From the NCBI GenBank assembly GCA_026770705.1, contig JANJGN010000026.1:33294001-33358000 (forward strand): DNA of 64,000 nucleotides, read 5' to 3'. Both the position numbers and the translations under genes were made by a program. The notes under the pieces were generated by a model. That model worked only from the letters and a program-made list of their open reading frames with translations, searched no databases and was not told where the DNA came from. This DNA is from Isurus oxyrinchus. Taxonomy: Eukaryota. Positions 1 through 12,250 of the stretch are shown in pieces (positions within the stretch are counted from its first letter, which is position 1; every line of letters starts with the position of its first letter).

Positions 1-72
1 CAAGTTGTATCGATTGACCATCTCGGAGCTGCAGCTGTCTGACACCACGGTCTATTAGTGTGCACAGAGTCT
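1..72 (+). pseudogene. 3' end of a TCR alpha/delta V pseudogene (V1), truncated by the window start
   Basis: Frame from base 2 reads KLYRLTISELQLSDTTVY*CAQS (TAG at 56-58 in the YYC motif). It is followed by RSS CACAGCG (73-79), 23 bp, ACAACAACT (103-111). Confidence 0.9.
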
Positions 73-469
73 CACAGCGATGGAACCGAGCGGAACCCTC
101 GTACAACAACTGCTGCAGCTTTCTGGGTCGCAGTTGCTATCTGCTGAGGGCTGTTTATAACAACGAGTCAGACACTGGCACGTGAATCCATTCTGTGCCC
201 ACAGACCCCGAGCACAATCCACATAAACACCATCTAAAATCACTCACATCGAATACTGATTCAGTCTGATTAGTGTATTCATTGTGTGAGGTCAAAATTG
301 GCTTTTGTTTGATTGGGCTCTCTGGAAACGCGCAACTCCCATTGAGAATACAAACCCCTGTAGGCCGCCTGTAATCAGGTTTTTCCCTGTACCGCTGTTA
401 TGGAAAGAACCCAGGGAAAAAGAACAAATAATGTTTGTTTTGAAATATCAGTCTATAGTGGGTCTTTGG

Positions 470-725
470 TCACGTGTTGGTCAGACAAGACAAGGATGCC
501 AAATTTCCTTCCCAAAAGGCATTGGTGAACTAGGTATTCGGTGTCAATCGATGTCATCACTTCATTATCACCATTACCGAGATTAGTTTTATACTCTAGA
601 TTTATTAATTGAATTTAAGTTCCATCAGCTGTCGTGGTGTGATTTGAACCCGTGTTCCCCAAAGTGTTGGCCTGGATCCTGGATTACTAGTCCCGTGATA
701 TTGCCAACACTCCAACATCTCCTCA
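470..725 (-). mobile_element. Shark tRNA-derived SINE, decayed (related copies about 5430-5670 +, 8710-8900 +, 25330-25630 -, plus duplicates in the second copy)
   Basis: tRNA-like head (GGGTTCAAATC on the minus strand) and a body that is similar among these copies. The 5430-5670 copy ends in a CR1-type tail with AATAAA. Family assignment is from memory. Confidence 0.6.
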
Positions 726-1236
726 CATTTAGCATCAATTCCTGTCAGTAACATCAAAAACAATACAGACAACGACTACTCAGGTCCAAATTCGATTCCT
801 GTGAGAGATTGTCTGACATTGGCCCTTTAATATGAAAACCAAGAAGCCCTAGATCCTATCAATGACCACATTCCACTTATCAATGGCCCCATTCTAAACA
901 GGTCCGAACACACTTCGCCAGTAGAGGGCGTTCAGGGCATCACCAAGTCTCGTGAAAAGAACACCAAAGCCAATAGGGATGGTTTCTTGAGTGATGTTGC
1001 AATGGCCCCAGCCCTCTGCAGTGTGCACGTGGAACAATGAACTGAACAGAGCCCGGGTTCCTTCTCCACTTCTCAATCTCTGGATCGTTGAATTCACATT
1101 CACTGAGAAAGATTCAGTCAGACATTTATTTCTGATAATACTGACAGCTGTCTTGGACTGTCAATGCTGGATTATGTTCATCATTAAAATAAACAAATTA
1201 ACACAGTGATCCAATTGCAGCTTGTACAGGTATTCA

Positions 1237-1663
1237 GTGTTGTTAGCGATCCTGTATATGCATATTATGGACAGTTTGGTAGGTGGGAATTTACATAAAC
1301 TCATACAGCTAAACACAGGTTTAGATCGATCCGGTTTAACCTCCTGGATTTTGTTCCTCTAACTTCACAGGTGGACTATGTGCAGATGCAGTAACACAGT
1401 CTCTGGTGACACTGGCCGTGTCAGAAGGGGATTTGGTGAAGTGAGACTGCGGATATAAAACCCTGTATTTATACATCATGTAACAGTATTGGCAGAAACC
1501 GGCACAGCCTCCAAGCTGGATCATTAGCAAAGCAGCAGCACTGAAGGGATTGAAAATCTGAGAACGATATCTGGCTGCTGCTGACCAGGCTGCACAGCCC
1601 GATTACCTCAATGTAAGCAGCCTGGGTGTGGAGGACCGGGCGGTCAACTCATGTGCAGCGAGT
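1237..1663 (+). pseudogene. TCR V pseudogene (V2): leader plus V exon 1371-1663
   Basis: Acceptor TTCACAG at 1370. Exon reads GLCADAVTQSLVTLAVSEGDLVK*DCGY...M*QYWQKPAQPPSWII...LNVSSLGVEDRAVNSCAAS. RSS CACAATG (1664-1670), 23 bp, ACAGTAAGC (1694-1702). Leader LLAILYMHIMDSL starts GTG here and ATG in the duplicate. Confidence 0.85.
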
Positions 1664-2481
1664 CACAATGTCAGATAAAATCGAAGAACCCGGACAGTAA
1701 GCTCAGCGAGTGTTCACATCTCCATTAATTTCTCTTTGGCTCTTTCATCTGCGGGAAACAAAGCCGACTGAGAACAAAGATTAGCAGGTTTGTTTATCAA
1801 ACAATTGCATTGCTGTTTTTGTCCTTCTCCACATCAACAGGGAACAGGTCTGGGAAATCTTGAGCCTTATCTTCATGTCCAGAGCTCTATCTACTCAGTA
1901 AATGTCTCGAAGTTCACCCGGAATATTGATGTGTGAACAGAGGTAGAGAAGGTTCTCAGATATTCAGTAACTAAAGCCTAACATTATGAAATGTTCTTCC
2001 AGGCCGTTAACTCAGGCAGACCAGAGGACATTCTTCGCCATTCATTCCTGTAACAAAATATAGAATTTATCCAAGTCTGGGACTAGATGTAACATATGAA
2101 ATATACAACGGCGATTTTTACCTAGACTCAGCATATAACACAATTGTTACAATAAAGGGACGTGGAGAGCATCTGATTTCGATTTCGACAGGGAATAACT
2201 GAACGTAGAAAGTTTTTTTAGGTATTTTTGCTCTGATATTAAAGAGTGATCACATGTCAGGGGCAGAATCACTTATTGGGATACCGAGGGAGAGTGTTAA
2301 TAAACATGCAGCTCTCTGATAATGGCACAGGCGACAAACGGTCGTAAGAACAAACATCACAGGCCTCGCGTTTGCCAGTCGCTGGCACTTCAAAACATTA
2401 AAATGTGAATCGAGCACCGATCCAGATGGTTTTCCAGGAAAAATATCCTGCTGGTATTTCAGAACCAATATCTGAAATATA

Positions 2482-2863
2482 ATGCACCCTGCTGGGGCTT
2501 TCACCCTTATATTTCCATGGAGCTGTTCTGACTGAAGAAAAATAAGTTGGATGATAACGATTGTTTTGCATGATTAGTTTGCATTTACAGCGGCCTGTGG
2601 TGCAGATAGTATATCTCTAAGCGAGCAGGGGACGGCGCAGGTGGGGAAAGAGGCTCAGATCCGAATACCAGGAATGTTTGGATTCCATGGTGCCGGAAAT
2701 TATCATTCCCCACAGCAGAATTCATAATCTCCCTCTATCAGGGCAGAGCAACCAAGGAAACCGAACGGTTTGGAAAGTGTCTTGACAGGAAAATGATTTT
2801 AACACTCTTTGTAGGTAAGAAATGGCAGTTTCAGACACCTGGGTGTATGACTGCAGGAAGAGG
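2482..2863 (+). pseudogene. Highly degenerate TCR V pseudogene (V3)
   Basis: Leader-like MHPAGAFTLIFPWSCS and acceptor TTTACAG at 2590. Frameshifted pieces ACGADSISLSEQGTAQVGKEAQI / WCRKLSFPTAEFIISLYQGRATKETERF / MAVSDTWVYDCRKR, then a decayed RSS starting CACATGT at 2864. Confidence 0.6.
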
Positions 2864-3131
2864 CACATGTGGGAAACGGTTACCGATCTTGTAGAACGAC
2901 TCTCATTCTTCTCAATCATCGAGTTAATTACTTTCATCCTCACCACCTCGAGTAACCCTTTGTCAGTACAACAAAGAAAAATTATAGTATTGCCTTATAG
3001 TGTCATCTGACAAAGATCTGAAAGGTTAATGGCGTTGATGCTGTGGGCGGACACATTTGTTGGAACCCAAAATGACCTGGGATTGATGTGTCCGTGATTT
3101 CACCCGGAAACATCAAATATGATGGGCTAAT

Positions 3132-3269
3132 NNNNNNNNNNNNNNNNNNNNNNNNNNNNNNNNNNNNNNNNNNNNNNNNNNNNNNNNNNNNNNNNNNNNN
3201 NNNNNNNNNNNNNNNNNNNNNNNNNNNNNNNNNNNNNNNNNNNNNNNNNNNNNNNNNNNNNNNNNNNNN
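3132..3269. other. N-run (138 N); the paralogous site has 146 N at 50483-50628
   Basis: Directly visible, with identical flanks in both duplicate copies. Confidence 0.95.
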
Positions 3270-3749
3270 GGGTTGGATTGGTAAAGATGTGTGAGAAAAC
3301 CAGGGATGCATTAGAGATTGATATAATATTTCTGCTGTTTAATTGTATACCTCTGGAAATTAGCAACAGCTCCCTTGTTATGTAATGGCCTCGTGAGCCT
3401 GATGACTGTTGAAAATAACGTGTTAATCATTACATCTGGGATCAGCTGCTCCTATTGAATAATTCACCAGTTATCTCCTACGTTAAGTTTAAATACCTGA
3501 AGTGTATGTGAGGAATTTAATTTCTTATTGTCCAACGGTTAAGTTTGTATTATTGCAGTGAATGAAGTCAGTTAAAAGCAATCTATTGCTGTGAGCTTGT
3601 TAATGTTTTGTGTGAAATCACTAGATTCAACGTTTCAAATCAAGAATGAAACGGAGCTTAATTTCCACAGGATAAGGTAAGCGGTCTCTGTTTGTCTTTC
3701 ATTCCTTGATCAATCTCCTCTAACAAAACACTGAATGGCTTCAGAATGG

Positions 3750-4470
3750 TATCTACAAAATGCACTGCTGGAACTCACCAAGTTTCTTTCGACAGCACAT
3801 TCCAAACCCGCGGCCACGGAATCTAGAAGGACAAGGGCAGCAGATAGATGGGAACACCATCACCTGGAAGTTCCCCTCCAAATCACTCACCATCCTGACT
3901 TGGAAATATATCGCCGTTCCTTCATTGTTGCTGCGTCAAAATCCTGGGTCTCCCTCCCTAACAGCACTGTGGGTGTACACTGCTGCAATGAAAACTTCAA
4001 ATTGATGAATGAGTCTCTAGTAGCGATATGAGGGAAATTGCGCTTTCGCAGTTTCTGAAACTTAACGAAAAAATATCAGCAGCATCTTTTGTGGCCACCT
4101 AATGTGGCTATTTGAATGTATATGTATGTTTGCTCTTGTATGTTTATCTGTATGTACCCGTGCGGTGTTCCGATGTTCTCCAGTGGAGGGCGCTCGCTGC
4201 TGACTTGACCAACTGCAGGATGAGTTTTTTCATTCATTTATGGGGTGTGGGAGCCGCTAGCTGGATGATCATTTATCGCCCTTCCCTTATTGCTCTTGAG
4301 AAGGTGGTGGTGAGCTGCCTTCTTGAACCGCTGCTGAACTTGTGGTGTAGACAAACCGACAGTGCTGATAGTGGGGGAGTTCCTGGAACTTCACCCAGCG
4401 ACAGTGCAGGAACGGCTGACATATTTCCAAGTTAGTTTGGTGTGTGGCTTGGAGCGGAACTTCCAGGAGG
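3750..4470. mobile_element. CR1-type LINE 3'-tail fragments (about 3750-3975 +, about 4225-4470 -)
   Basis: Similar to the LINE 3' region at 32450-32800 (GAGAAGGTGGTGGTGAGCTGCCTTCTTGAAC motif). Confidence 0.6.
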
Positions 4471-4489
4471 TGTTGTATGTTTGTGTGGT

Positions 4490-4943
4490 TATGAAAGTGT
4501 CCAGCAGAGGACAGGTTGCTAAATGTCTGCATGTGTGTTTGTGTGTGTGATTATGTTAGTGTCCAGCAGAGGGTAAATTGCCAAAGATGTGCCTAAGGGT
4601 GATTATGACGGTGTCCAGCAGAGTGTAGATTGCTAAAATTGTGCATCCCTTTGTGCGTGTGTGTGTATGTGTGTGTGTGCGTGTGTGTGTGTGTATGTGT
4701 ATGTGTGATTATGGCAGTCGCAGCAGAGAGTAGATTGCAAAAGGTGTGTGAGGGTGTGTATGTGTATGATCATGACAGTGCACAGCAGAGGGAAGGGACT
4801 GAAGGGGTGTGTGTGTCTGCATGTGAGTGTGTGTGTGAAAGAGTGTGTGTGATTGAGTGCGTGTGTGTGTGTTTGCGTGTGTGTGCGTGAGTATGTGATT
4901 GTGACTGTGTCCAGCAGAGTGTAGGTTGCTAAAGGTGTGTGTG

Positions 4944-5005
<62 letters not shown>

Positions 5006-5050
5006 AGCGTGTGTGTGTGACTGTGTGATTCCGAAAGTGTCCAGCACAGC
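4490..5050. repeat. (GT)n-rich compound minisatellite with about 7 recurring GTGTCCAGCAGAG...TTGCTAAA anchors (duplicate about 51850-52385)
   Basis: Anchors near 4497, 4559, 4611, 4716, 4777, 4907 and 5037, separated by variable GT tracts. Confidence 0.85.
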
Positions 5051-6447
5051 AGCAAACGGCGATGTCGAATTGAAGGGCCGCATATTAAGGGAACCATTTC
5101 GTTTTCATTGTGTAAAACAGCAGACGCCATGACTGGGACATGTGGAAGCATTTACCCCGTCACCGAGCTACAATAGTGAACATCTTAGAGCTTCCAAGCG
5201 CTATTGGACATGGCAAAAGAGATTTGGCAGAGGTTGGCGAGTAACCACAGTGCAGTGATACCCAGGACAATTCACAATCTCTTCATTCTGAAAGGTGTTC
5301 AGAACCTGATTATTCGCCATTTTTTCTTGAAAGACAAAAGTAGAATATTTCAAAAGTCAGGGAGTAACCCTGGAAAACACGCTGGCTCTTCGAAACTGGG
5401 TTCACTGCGCAATTTGAGTTCTCTAAATAATCTGTAAATAAAAACCTAATGATGACCATGGAACCATTGCCGATTGTCATTAATAAGCCCATTTGGTTCA
5501 CTAATGTCCCTAGGGGACGTAAATCCGCTGCCCTTACCTGGACTGGCCTACATCCGACTCGTGGGCCACATCAATGTGGTTGACTTCTAAATGCCCTTGA
5601 ACCAGGGCAATTGGAGCTAGGCACTAAATGCTGGCCTAATCAGCGATGCCAACATCTCAGGAACGAATAAAAGCAAATGTTTAGAAGGTCTATTTTCTTC
5701 CAGACTCTAAGTACGAAGGATTTCCATGTGCAGTGTCCAATAAACAGGAGGCGTTAGAATCGATAAAATATAATCCCCTCAGGATAGAGAGAAGTTAAAC
5801 ACAGCAGGGGTTCCTTTCAAATCGCACACGAAAAGCTGAGAACCACAAATGCTGCGAATCTGAAATAAAAGAGCAGAAAATTCTGGAAAAGTAAAGGTTA
5901 GCCGGATAGGCTGCCTCCCAGTGGAGAGAGGATCAGAGCTAACGTTTCTGATTGGTGAAATTTTATCCGAACTACAAGATCTGGAAGTGCAGTAACTTTA
6001 GTTCAATATTTTGGTGTGACAAGGGATGTTTCATTGTACGGGATCCGGTTAATCTTTGTAGCAGTGCGTGGCTCATAGCGCGAGGACACACCGGCGGGCC
6101 GGAGGGTAGTTCCCAGCGATGTTTAAAGCAATCCTTCTGATTTCCTTTGCAAAACAACAGATACTTGTCCGGAGTCACAAGAACCAGGCAAGTGTTTGAT
6201 CCGCAACACTAACTATAAATTAGGAACCATCCTGTCTGTGAGCAGAGTGCTTGCAGTCCAGCTCGGGGCGTGTCCATTCACTAGCAGTCAGCTCCACACC
6301 CAGCACCACTGGCGGCACAAAGGAGTGAGGCGGGACTATCCTGAGTCACGAGAGCAGATTATTGCGAATGGGCTTTAGAACAGGTTTTCTCAAATATCCG
6401 ACTGCCCTTTTACAGAGCGACAATGCAGGGGTTAGAACGGGTGTCCT

Positions 6448-6705
6448 CACCTGAGGCACGTCATCAGGTTATTGAGGGCGGGGTTTGGAATTGGTGTTTT
6501 CACCTGAGGCACGTCATCAGATCATTGAGGGCGGGTTTCAGAATGGGTTCCTGCACGTGAGACACATCATCAGATTATTGAGGGTGAGGTTTTGAATGGG
6601 TATTTTCACGTGCGATTAGATTGTTGAAGGCAGGGTTTAGAATGCATGTTTTCACCTGAGATACGTCATCAGATTATTGAGGGCGGGGTTCAGAATGGGT
6701 GTCTT
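6448..6705 (+). promoter_or_regulatory. Five tandem 53-bp units forming an amplified V-gene promoter module (E-box, CRE half-site, GC-box)
   Basis: Units begin CACCTG/CACGTG at 6448, 6501, 6554, 6607 and 6653. Consensus CACCTGAGGCACGTCATCAGATTATTGAGGGCGGGGTTTAGAATGGGTGTTTT. The array ends about 40 bp before the leader ATG at 6745. Confidence 0.75.
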
Positions 6706-6744
6706 CAAATAGCCGACTGCCCTTTTACAGACGGGACAGCGACA

Positions 6745-7196
6745 ATGCATCTACTCGGCACTTTGGTTCTTTGGGGATTATTGATCACAGGCAATTGTGG
6801 ACTTAACATCAAGTCAACTTTGCTCCCGTTTCCTCGTCATGGTTCAAGTCATGTTTTAATCAGCCACCGTTCATATATTGCCTGATTTTGTTTTGTTTTC
6901 AGATCTCTGCGATGGAGATTCAGTCACTCAGCCGCTGCCCCCGTGTGTTAAGGCAGAAGGAGAACCGGTGACACTGACCTGTAGCTACGATCATACAGCA
7001 AGCAGGTATAGTCTATTCTGGTACCAACAACACCCAGACACACATCCCTAGTATACGCTCAGAAAGGATTGTGATGGTGATGAATTTAAAGCAGATTTTG
7101 CTGAAACTCGCTTCTTTTCTGACCTTCAAATCTCCAACAAAATCATCTACTTATCCATCAGCGGGTCTGCAGTGTATTACTGCGCTTTCTGGCACT
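6745..7196 (+). pseudogene. TCR alpha/delta V pseudogene (V4): leader 6745-6790, V exon 6903-7196
   Basis: Leader MHLLGTLVLWGLLIT with a GC donor. Exon DLCDGDSVTQPLPPCVKAEGEPVTLTCSYDHTASRYSLFWYQQHPDTHP*YTLRK...LSISGSAVYYCAFWH (TAG at 7049, FR3 deletion). RSS CATAGTG (7197-7203), 23 bp, ACAAGAACT (7227-7235). Confidence 0.92.
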
Positions 7197-9181
7197 CATA
7201 GTGACAGAATGCAGCCTCACCCCTGTACAAGAACTGCAGAGGGGGATTCAATGACTGTTGCGCATTGTGGTGAATCTCGGGCACATTTAGCCGCTCAACA
7301 CACACACCAGGAGGAAACCAAATGAACCTCTGATCGAACTGTCACACAGCAGTTTTCTAAGAGACGTTAAGAAAATAAATCTGCATCTTCGTATCGGGCA
7401 GAGAGACACAGAAGGGAATCCTATTGGGAGAGAGCCATTCACATCCCCACCCTCACTAACTTGCTGCCAGGTGAGAATGGTCGATGCTGAGCTGCATGTC
7501 AGTGAACTGGAACACCTTGAGATCGGCTGCACTCAATGGCCTGTTTGGAGTAATGGTTCTGGTGTTCGAGACCTGGGTGGAAATGGGAACGCCTGGCTAA
7601 TCAACTGGAAAGCAATGTTAATGGAGGAACAAATGTCCCAGCATTAGGAAGATGCCCTGAAGCACAATGGGCACTGAGGGCGGTCTATGCTTGGGTTTGT
7701 TTCAATGACCACAGTCACTAATTTGCAAGATCGTCAGACTGTGGAGAAACTGATTATGATCCAATAAGACACTTAGATTCACCATATCATGTGAACAGGC
7801 CTTGTTTCCCAAAACTGTCAGGGGAGATGGAAATAGAGAAATAGCTGCTGACAGGGCAGGAAAAGATTTTTTTAAAAGACGTGGTGCATTTATGACATTC
7901 AACTTTGGTTTATATTGCAAGTCGAAATAAACAAATATAAACCCAGAATTAATTCTCACCTGCATTCAATGGGCACAATATGCATAAAGGGAGAAGGCTG
8001 CGTGTAAGGAAAGGAATTTCCAAGATCTAACAAGTGTGAAAATCTTTCAATATCTCACAACTCAGTGCTGCTCTGTTTTCTGATATATCAGGCATGTCTC
8101 CCTGACACTCGCTGTGGAGTTTGAATGACCCCTCCTCCTCATTGGTGTGAGGAAGCCCTCTAGTGGGCATTGACCTCGGTGTGAGATCTTTTTACGGGCT
8201 CCTGGAAGGCACGTTCACTATTTATTTGTTATTCATTCGCGGGATGTGGGTGTCACTGGCTGGGCCAGCATTTATTGCCCATTCCTTGTTGCTCTTGAGA
8301 AGGTGGTGGTGAGCTGCCTTCTTGAACTGCTGCAGTCCATGTGGTGTTAGGAGGTAGGGCTGGGCGGAATTCAATGATTTTCACTGGCAGTTGAATATTT
8401 GCCTCGTTTTCAGGATAACCCCCAAACCCTCCCTTTTTTTCAAGTGCCACCCATGACATGTGCACCTAATCGAGCCAACTGGGTTCCTGCTTCCGCATCT
8501 CAAATGGAAGAGGGAACCTCCAGGAGCGTCAAACCTCTTTCAGTAACGGGACTGGCAGCAGCGCCCTAAATTTTGAGCTCAAATCGCTGCAACAAGGTTT
8601 AGAAACAGGCTCTACTGCCTCAGATGCCAGGGCCTTACCACTGAGGCAAATCTAAACCGCAGGATCTATACTTTAGACCCGCTCCTGTTAATCACAGCGC
8701 ATTCGAGGAGAGGGGTCGGCATAATGGTCTTGTAACTGGACTAACACCAGCGTGATGCTCTTTGTTCCCGGGTTCGACCCATGACACCTGATCAGGAAAT
8801 TGGAATTCTAATGTTATCCTCATTCAATGGAAGTCTGCCGTAAAAAAGAGAATCTAATGCCACTTTAGGGAATGAAATCTGTTGTTCTGGCCTGCATGTG
8901 GTTCAGTTATAGGTCAGGATGCCCCTCAGATCAATTAGAGTTCCATCGGCTTTGTGTGCACATTTTATTTGGTTCTGATCAGCCAGTCACGGCCTTTACG
9001 TTTGGAGTCTATGAATTTAGCCCATGGAAGTGAGATCTGCCCACCCTCCCAGCTGTTTCTATTTGGTGTTCCGCAGGGAGCGACATCAGACATATAGGAA
9101 AGTGACGCCAGTGCTTCTTGATTGGATATACTGCAACTCTCTGAGACATAGAGAAGCCCCTGGGATTATGGAGCAGCAGCA

Positions 9182-10182
9182 ACGAGGCTCTCCGTTCTCG
9201 CTGTAGCCTGGGGGCATTCATTGTCGATAAGAGGATGAAACGTTTATAAAAAAGAATATTAATTTCTGGATGAATCAATGTGAAAAGCAGAGAGTTAATG
9301 TAATCTTTTTACCGACCGGTTGTTGGACCACATTTGCAGTATTACCAAAAGGAGACAGAAGATCAGGAGGAATAATTGGAGAGGATGGGGTTGTTCTTCC
9401 CAGTTAAGTCAGGACTGAGGGACAAGGTGGGAGAGATCTGTAAATGGCTGAAGGAGTTTGATGGGGTTGAAATGGAAAATCTTTCCACATGTCACAGATT
9501 ATAAAGCTACGAGCCACAAATACAGGAGTGGGAAAAGTTATCCAAAGGGGGATTCAGGAGAAGGTTTATTCCCATGGAACGGTTAAAGTGTTGAATTCAC
9601 CTTCACAAAGAGGGTTTCGGGTGAATAGTATCCCTAATATAATTGGTCAGGTGCTGGGGGAATGAAGAGAAGGATATGTTGAGAGAGAAAATGAAGAGTG
9701 ATGGAAGGTACTCCTGGTGATTGTAAACACCCACAGACACCAGTTGTGCCCAATAACCTTTTCTATCATCTGAATTATATCTACATCAATATAACACTGT
9801 CTGTGAACTATTGCTGTCAGTTCAGTTCAATTGAAGTAATACTCTCTGATTTCCTCTTCCTTTGACCGTGTGTTCCAGATCTGAGCGATGGAGATTCTGT
9901 TACTCAGAGGGAATCCTCGCTCACACAGGCAGAGTGAGAAGATGTCGCTTTAACCTGCATCTTTACCGGCGATGGTTATTACTTATCCTGGTGCTGTCAA
10001 TACCCAGACAGACAGCCCGAGTTTGCACTCCAGAGACACATGGGCGGTGATTCTGAATTTAAGGCGGATTTTGCTTAGAGCCGGTTTTCTGATACATTCC
10101 AGCAGACAGACAGATTGTACCGATTGACCTTCTCGGAGCTGCGGCTGTCTGACACTGCAGTATATTACTGTGCACTGAGTCT
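9182..10182 (+). pseudogene. TCR alpha/delta V pseudogene (V5), same family as V1; V exon 9879-10182
   Basis: Exon DLSDGDSVTQRESSLTQAE*EDVALTCIFTGDGYYLSWCCQYPDRQPEFALQRH...FA*SRFSDTFQQTDRLYRLTFSELRLSDTAVYYCALS. RSS CATAGCG (10183-10189), 12 bp, TCAATAACT. Decayed leader near 9182-9227 with TGACGCCA and ATTGG upstream. The downstream flank matches 110-460. Confidence 0.9.
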
Positions 10183-10319
10183 CATAGCGATTGTTCCTCG
10201 TTCAATAACTGCTGCAGCTTTCTGGGTCACAGCTTCTCTCTGTTGAGGGCTGTTTATCACAGCGGGTCAGACACTGTCACGTGAATCCATTCCTACTAGC
10301 ACAAGAACAAGTACAACAA

Positions 10320-11190
10320 AAACTGCATCTGAAATCGGTCCCTTTGAATGCTGACCCTCTTCCTGATGATTGCATTAACGTTATGGGGGCTGAATTGGCT
10401 GCTCGCCATTCCCCATTTCCCAAAACAATCTCCAGACCCTTTCCTGGAACCGTTCTACCAGTTTAGCTTCAGAGGCAGTTCGTGGCAAACAGAAAAGGAA
10501 TAATTGTTCTGAAACATCAGTCTGCAGTGGAAACAGCAGTACTCCAAGCTATAAGGGCGTAATAATTATATGAACCAGTAAACGTTCCTAAATGTAAAAG
10601 AAATTTGGACATATTAAAACAGAGCTTGTGTAATCTGAGCAGTTCCTGAAAGTGTGCTGCCATCTTGCGGGAGAAATCAGAATTGTCCTCGTCATTGTTT
10701 CCTTCAGTTCAGAGAACTGTTGTTCAGGAATTATCTTCCGAAGACACTCAAAGGGCACAAATCCCTACGGCAATCCTCATAAGCACCATCTAATTACGTT
10801 CATGTTGAACAATGGCTCTCTCTTTGATGATTGCATGAACGGAATGAGGGCAGAATTGGCTGCTCCTTATTCCCATTAAGAAAACACCCGCTTTCCTGGT
10901 GCCAGTTCAGTTGGTTTCCTGCTTCTTCTGACATGGCTGCAATAATTGGTTGTTTCTACCAGCCTGTAGGGGAAGCAGAAGTCCGCCAGCTCGAGACGAT
11001 TCGAATAATTTGATGAGACTGTTTAAATGTCCCTCAGTGTTAAAGACTTCCGGACATATTGAAAAGAATTATCCGTTTCTGAGGTGTTGCTGCCACCTGG
11101 TGGAAGCAATCAGAATGCCGCCGGCAATATTTTCTTCAATTCAGAGCGACTGCTTAGGAGTAATATTTCTAGGAGACTCAAAAGGTAAGT
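10320..11190. repeat. Two diverged direct copies (period about 470 bp) of the V-downstream flank
   Basis: TGATGATTGCATTAACG...GAATTGGCTGCTC near 10364 versus TGATGATTGCATGAACG...GAATTGGCTGCTC near 10825. TGCTGCCATCTTGCGGGAGAAATCAGAAT near 10655 versus TGCTGCCACCTGGTGGAAGCAATCAGAAT near 11088. Confidence 0.65.
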
Positions 11191-11479
11191 AAGATCGATT
11201 GTTGTAATTCTATATCGTGATATTACTATAGTATTACTATAGTTGCTGCATTAGGGTGTACCTCTTTTTATATCACATTACACTGAGTGGTCAGCATTGA
11301 TTGTTGCCTGAATATACAGTGTGTGAAGGCGTAAGTTTGGTGAGTGAGGGTGTTCAGTGAAGATACAAATTAATTAATCAAAATAAATGTAATTCGCTCA
11401 GTAAAGTTGGCAGGAGAGGTGATGTGTCTCGGCTGCAGCATGTGTGAGCTACTGGCTTGCACTGCAATCCATGGCAACC

Positions 11480-12250
11480 ACATAAGACCATAAGACTTAG
11501 GAGCAGAAGTAGGCCATTCGGCCCATCGAGTCTAGGTCCGCCATTCAGTGAGATCATGGCTATTCTGATAATCCTCAACTCCACTTTCCTGTCTTTCCAC
11601 TATCACCCATGATTCACTTACTTACTGTATTTCTCAACCTTGGATATATTTAACGACCTAGCCTCTTTGGTAAACAATTCCACAGATTGACGACCCTCTG
11701 AGAGAATAGATTCCTCCTCATCTCTATTTTAAGTGGGGGGCCCCATTATTCTGCGATTATGCCCACCCCCACCCCCCCCCCCCCCCCCCCATCCCACGTC
11801 CTAGGAAACCCTGTGCCACTCTGCGTAACATCTGTCGCTTGTAAAATGCTAGAGTCAATTATTAAGGAAGTAGTAACAACCTAACTAGTGTCTTACAAAT
11901 GTTCAACATGACCTCATTACTCTTTTCCACAATGCCCCTATTAATAAAGCCTAATATACTGTATGCTTTATTAACTGCTCTCTCAACATGCTGTGCCATC
12001 TTCAATAGCTTATGTACATATATATATACATATACATGCAGGTTCCTTTGTGCCTGCATCTCCTTTAGAGTTTGTCCCTTTATTTTATACTATTTCTCCA
12101 TATTCTTTCGGCCAAAATGAATCGCATCACACTTCTGTGGCATTGAAATTCTTCTGGCAAACCACCCACATCTCTATGTCCTTCTGAAGTTCAAATCTAT
12201 CCCAAACAAAATTCACAAAGTTTCCAATCTTTGTATTATCTGCTAGTCTT
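11480..12250 (-). mobile_element. CR1-type LINE 3' UTR and RT C-terminal fragments
   Basis: CATAAGACCATAAGA..AGGAGCAGAAGTAGGCCATTCGGCCCATCGAG tail. Minus-strand ORF AVNKAYSILGFINRGIVEKSNEVMLNICKTLVR is typical of the CR1 ORF2 C-terminus. Confidence 0.8.

Noticed and set aside
4490-5050. Repeat-spacer appearance resembling a CRISPR array
   Set aside because: Vertebrate DNA, the spacers are GT microsatellite of irregular length, and there are no cas genes.
4630-5151. His/Thr- and Cys/Val-rich ORFs
   Set aside because: Translations of the GT microsatellite.
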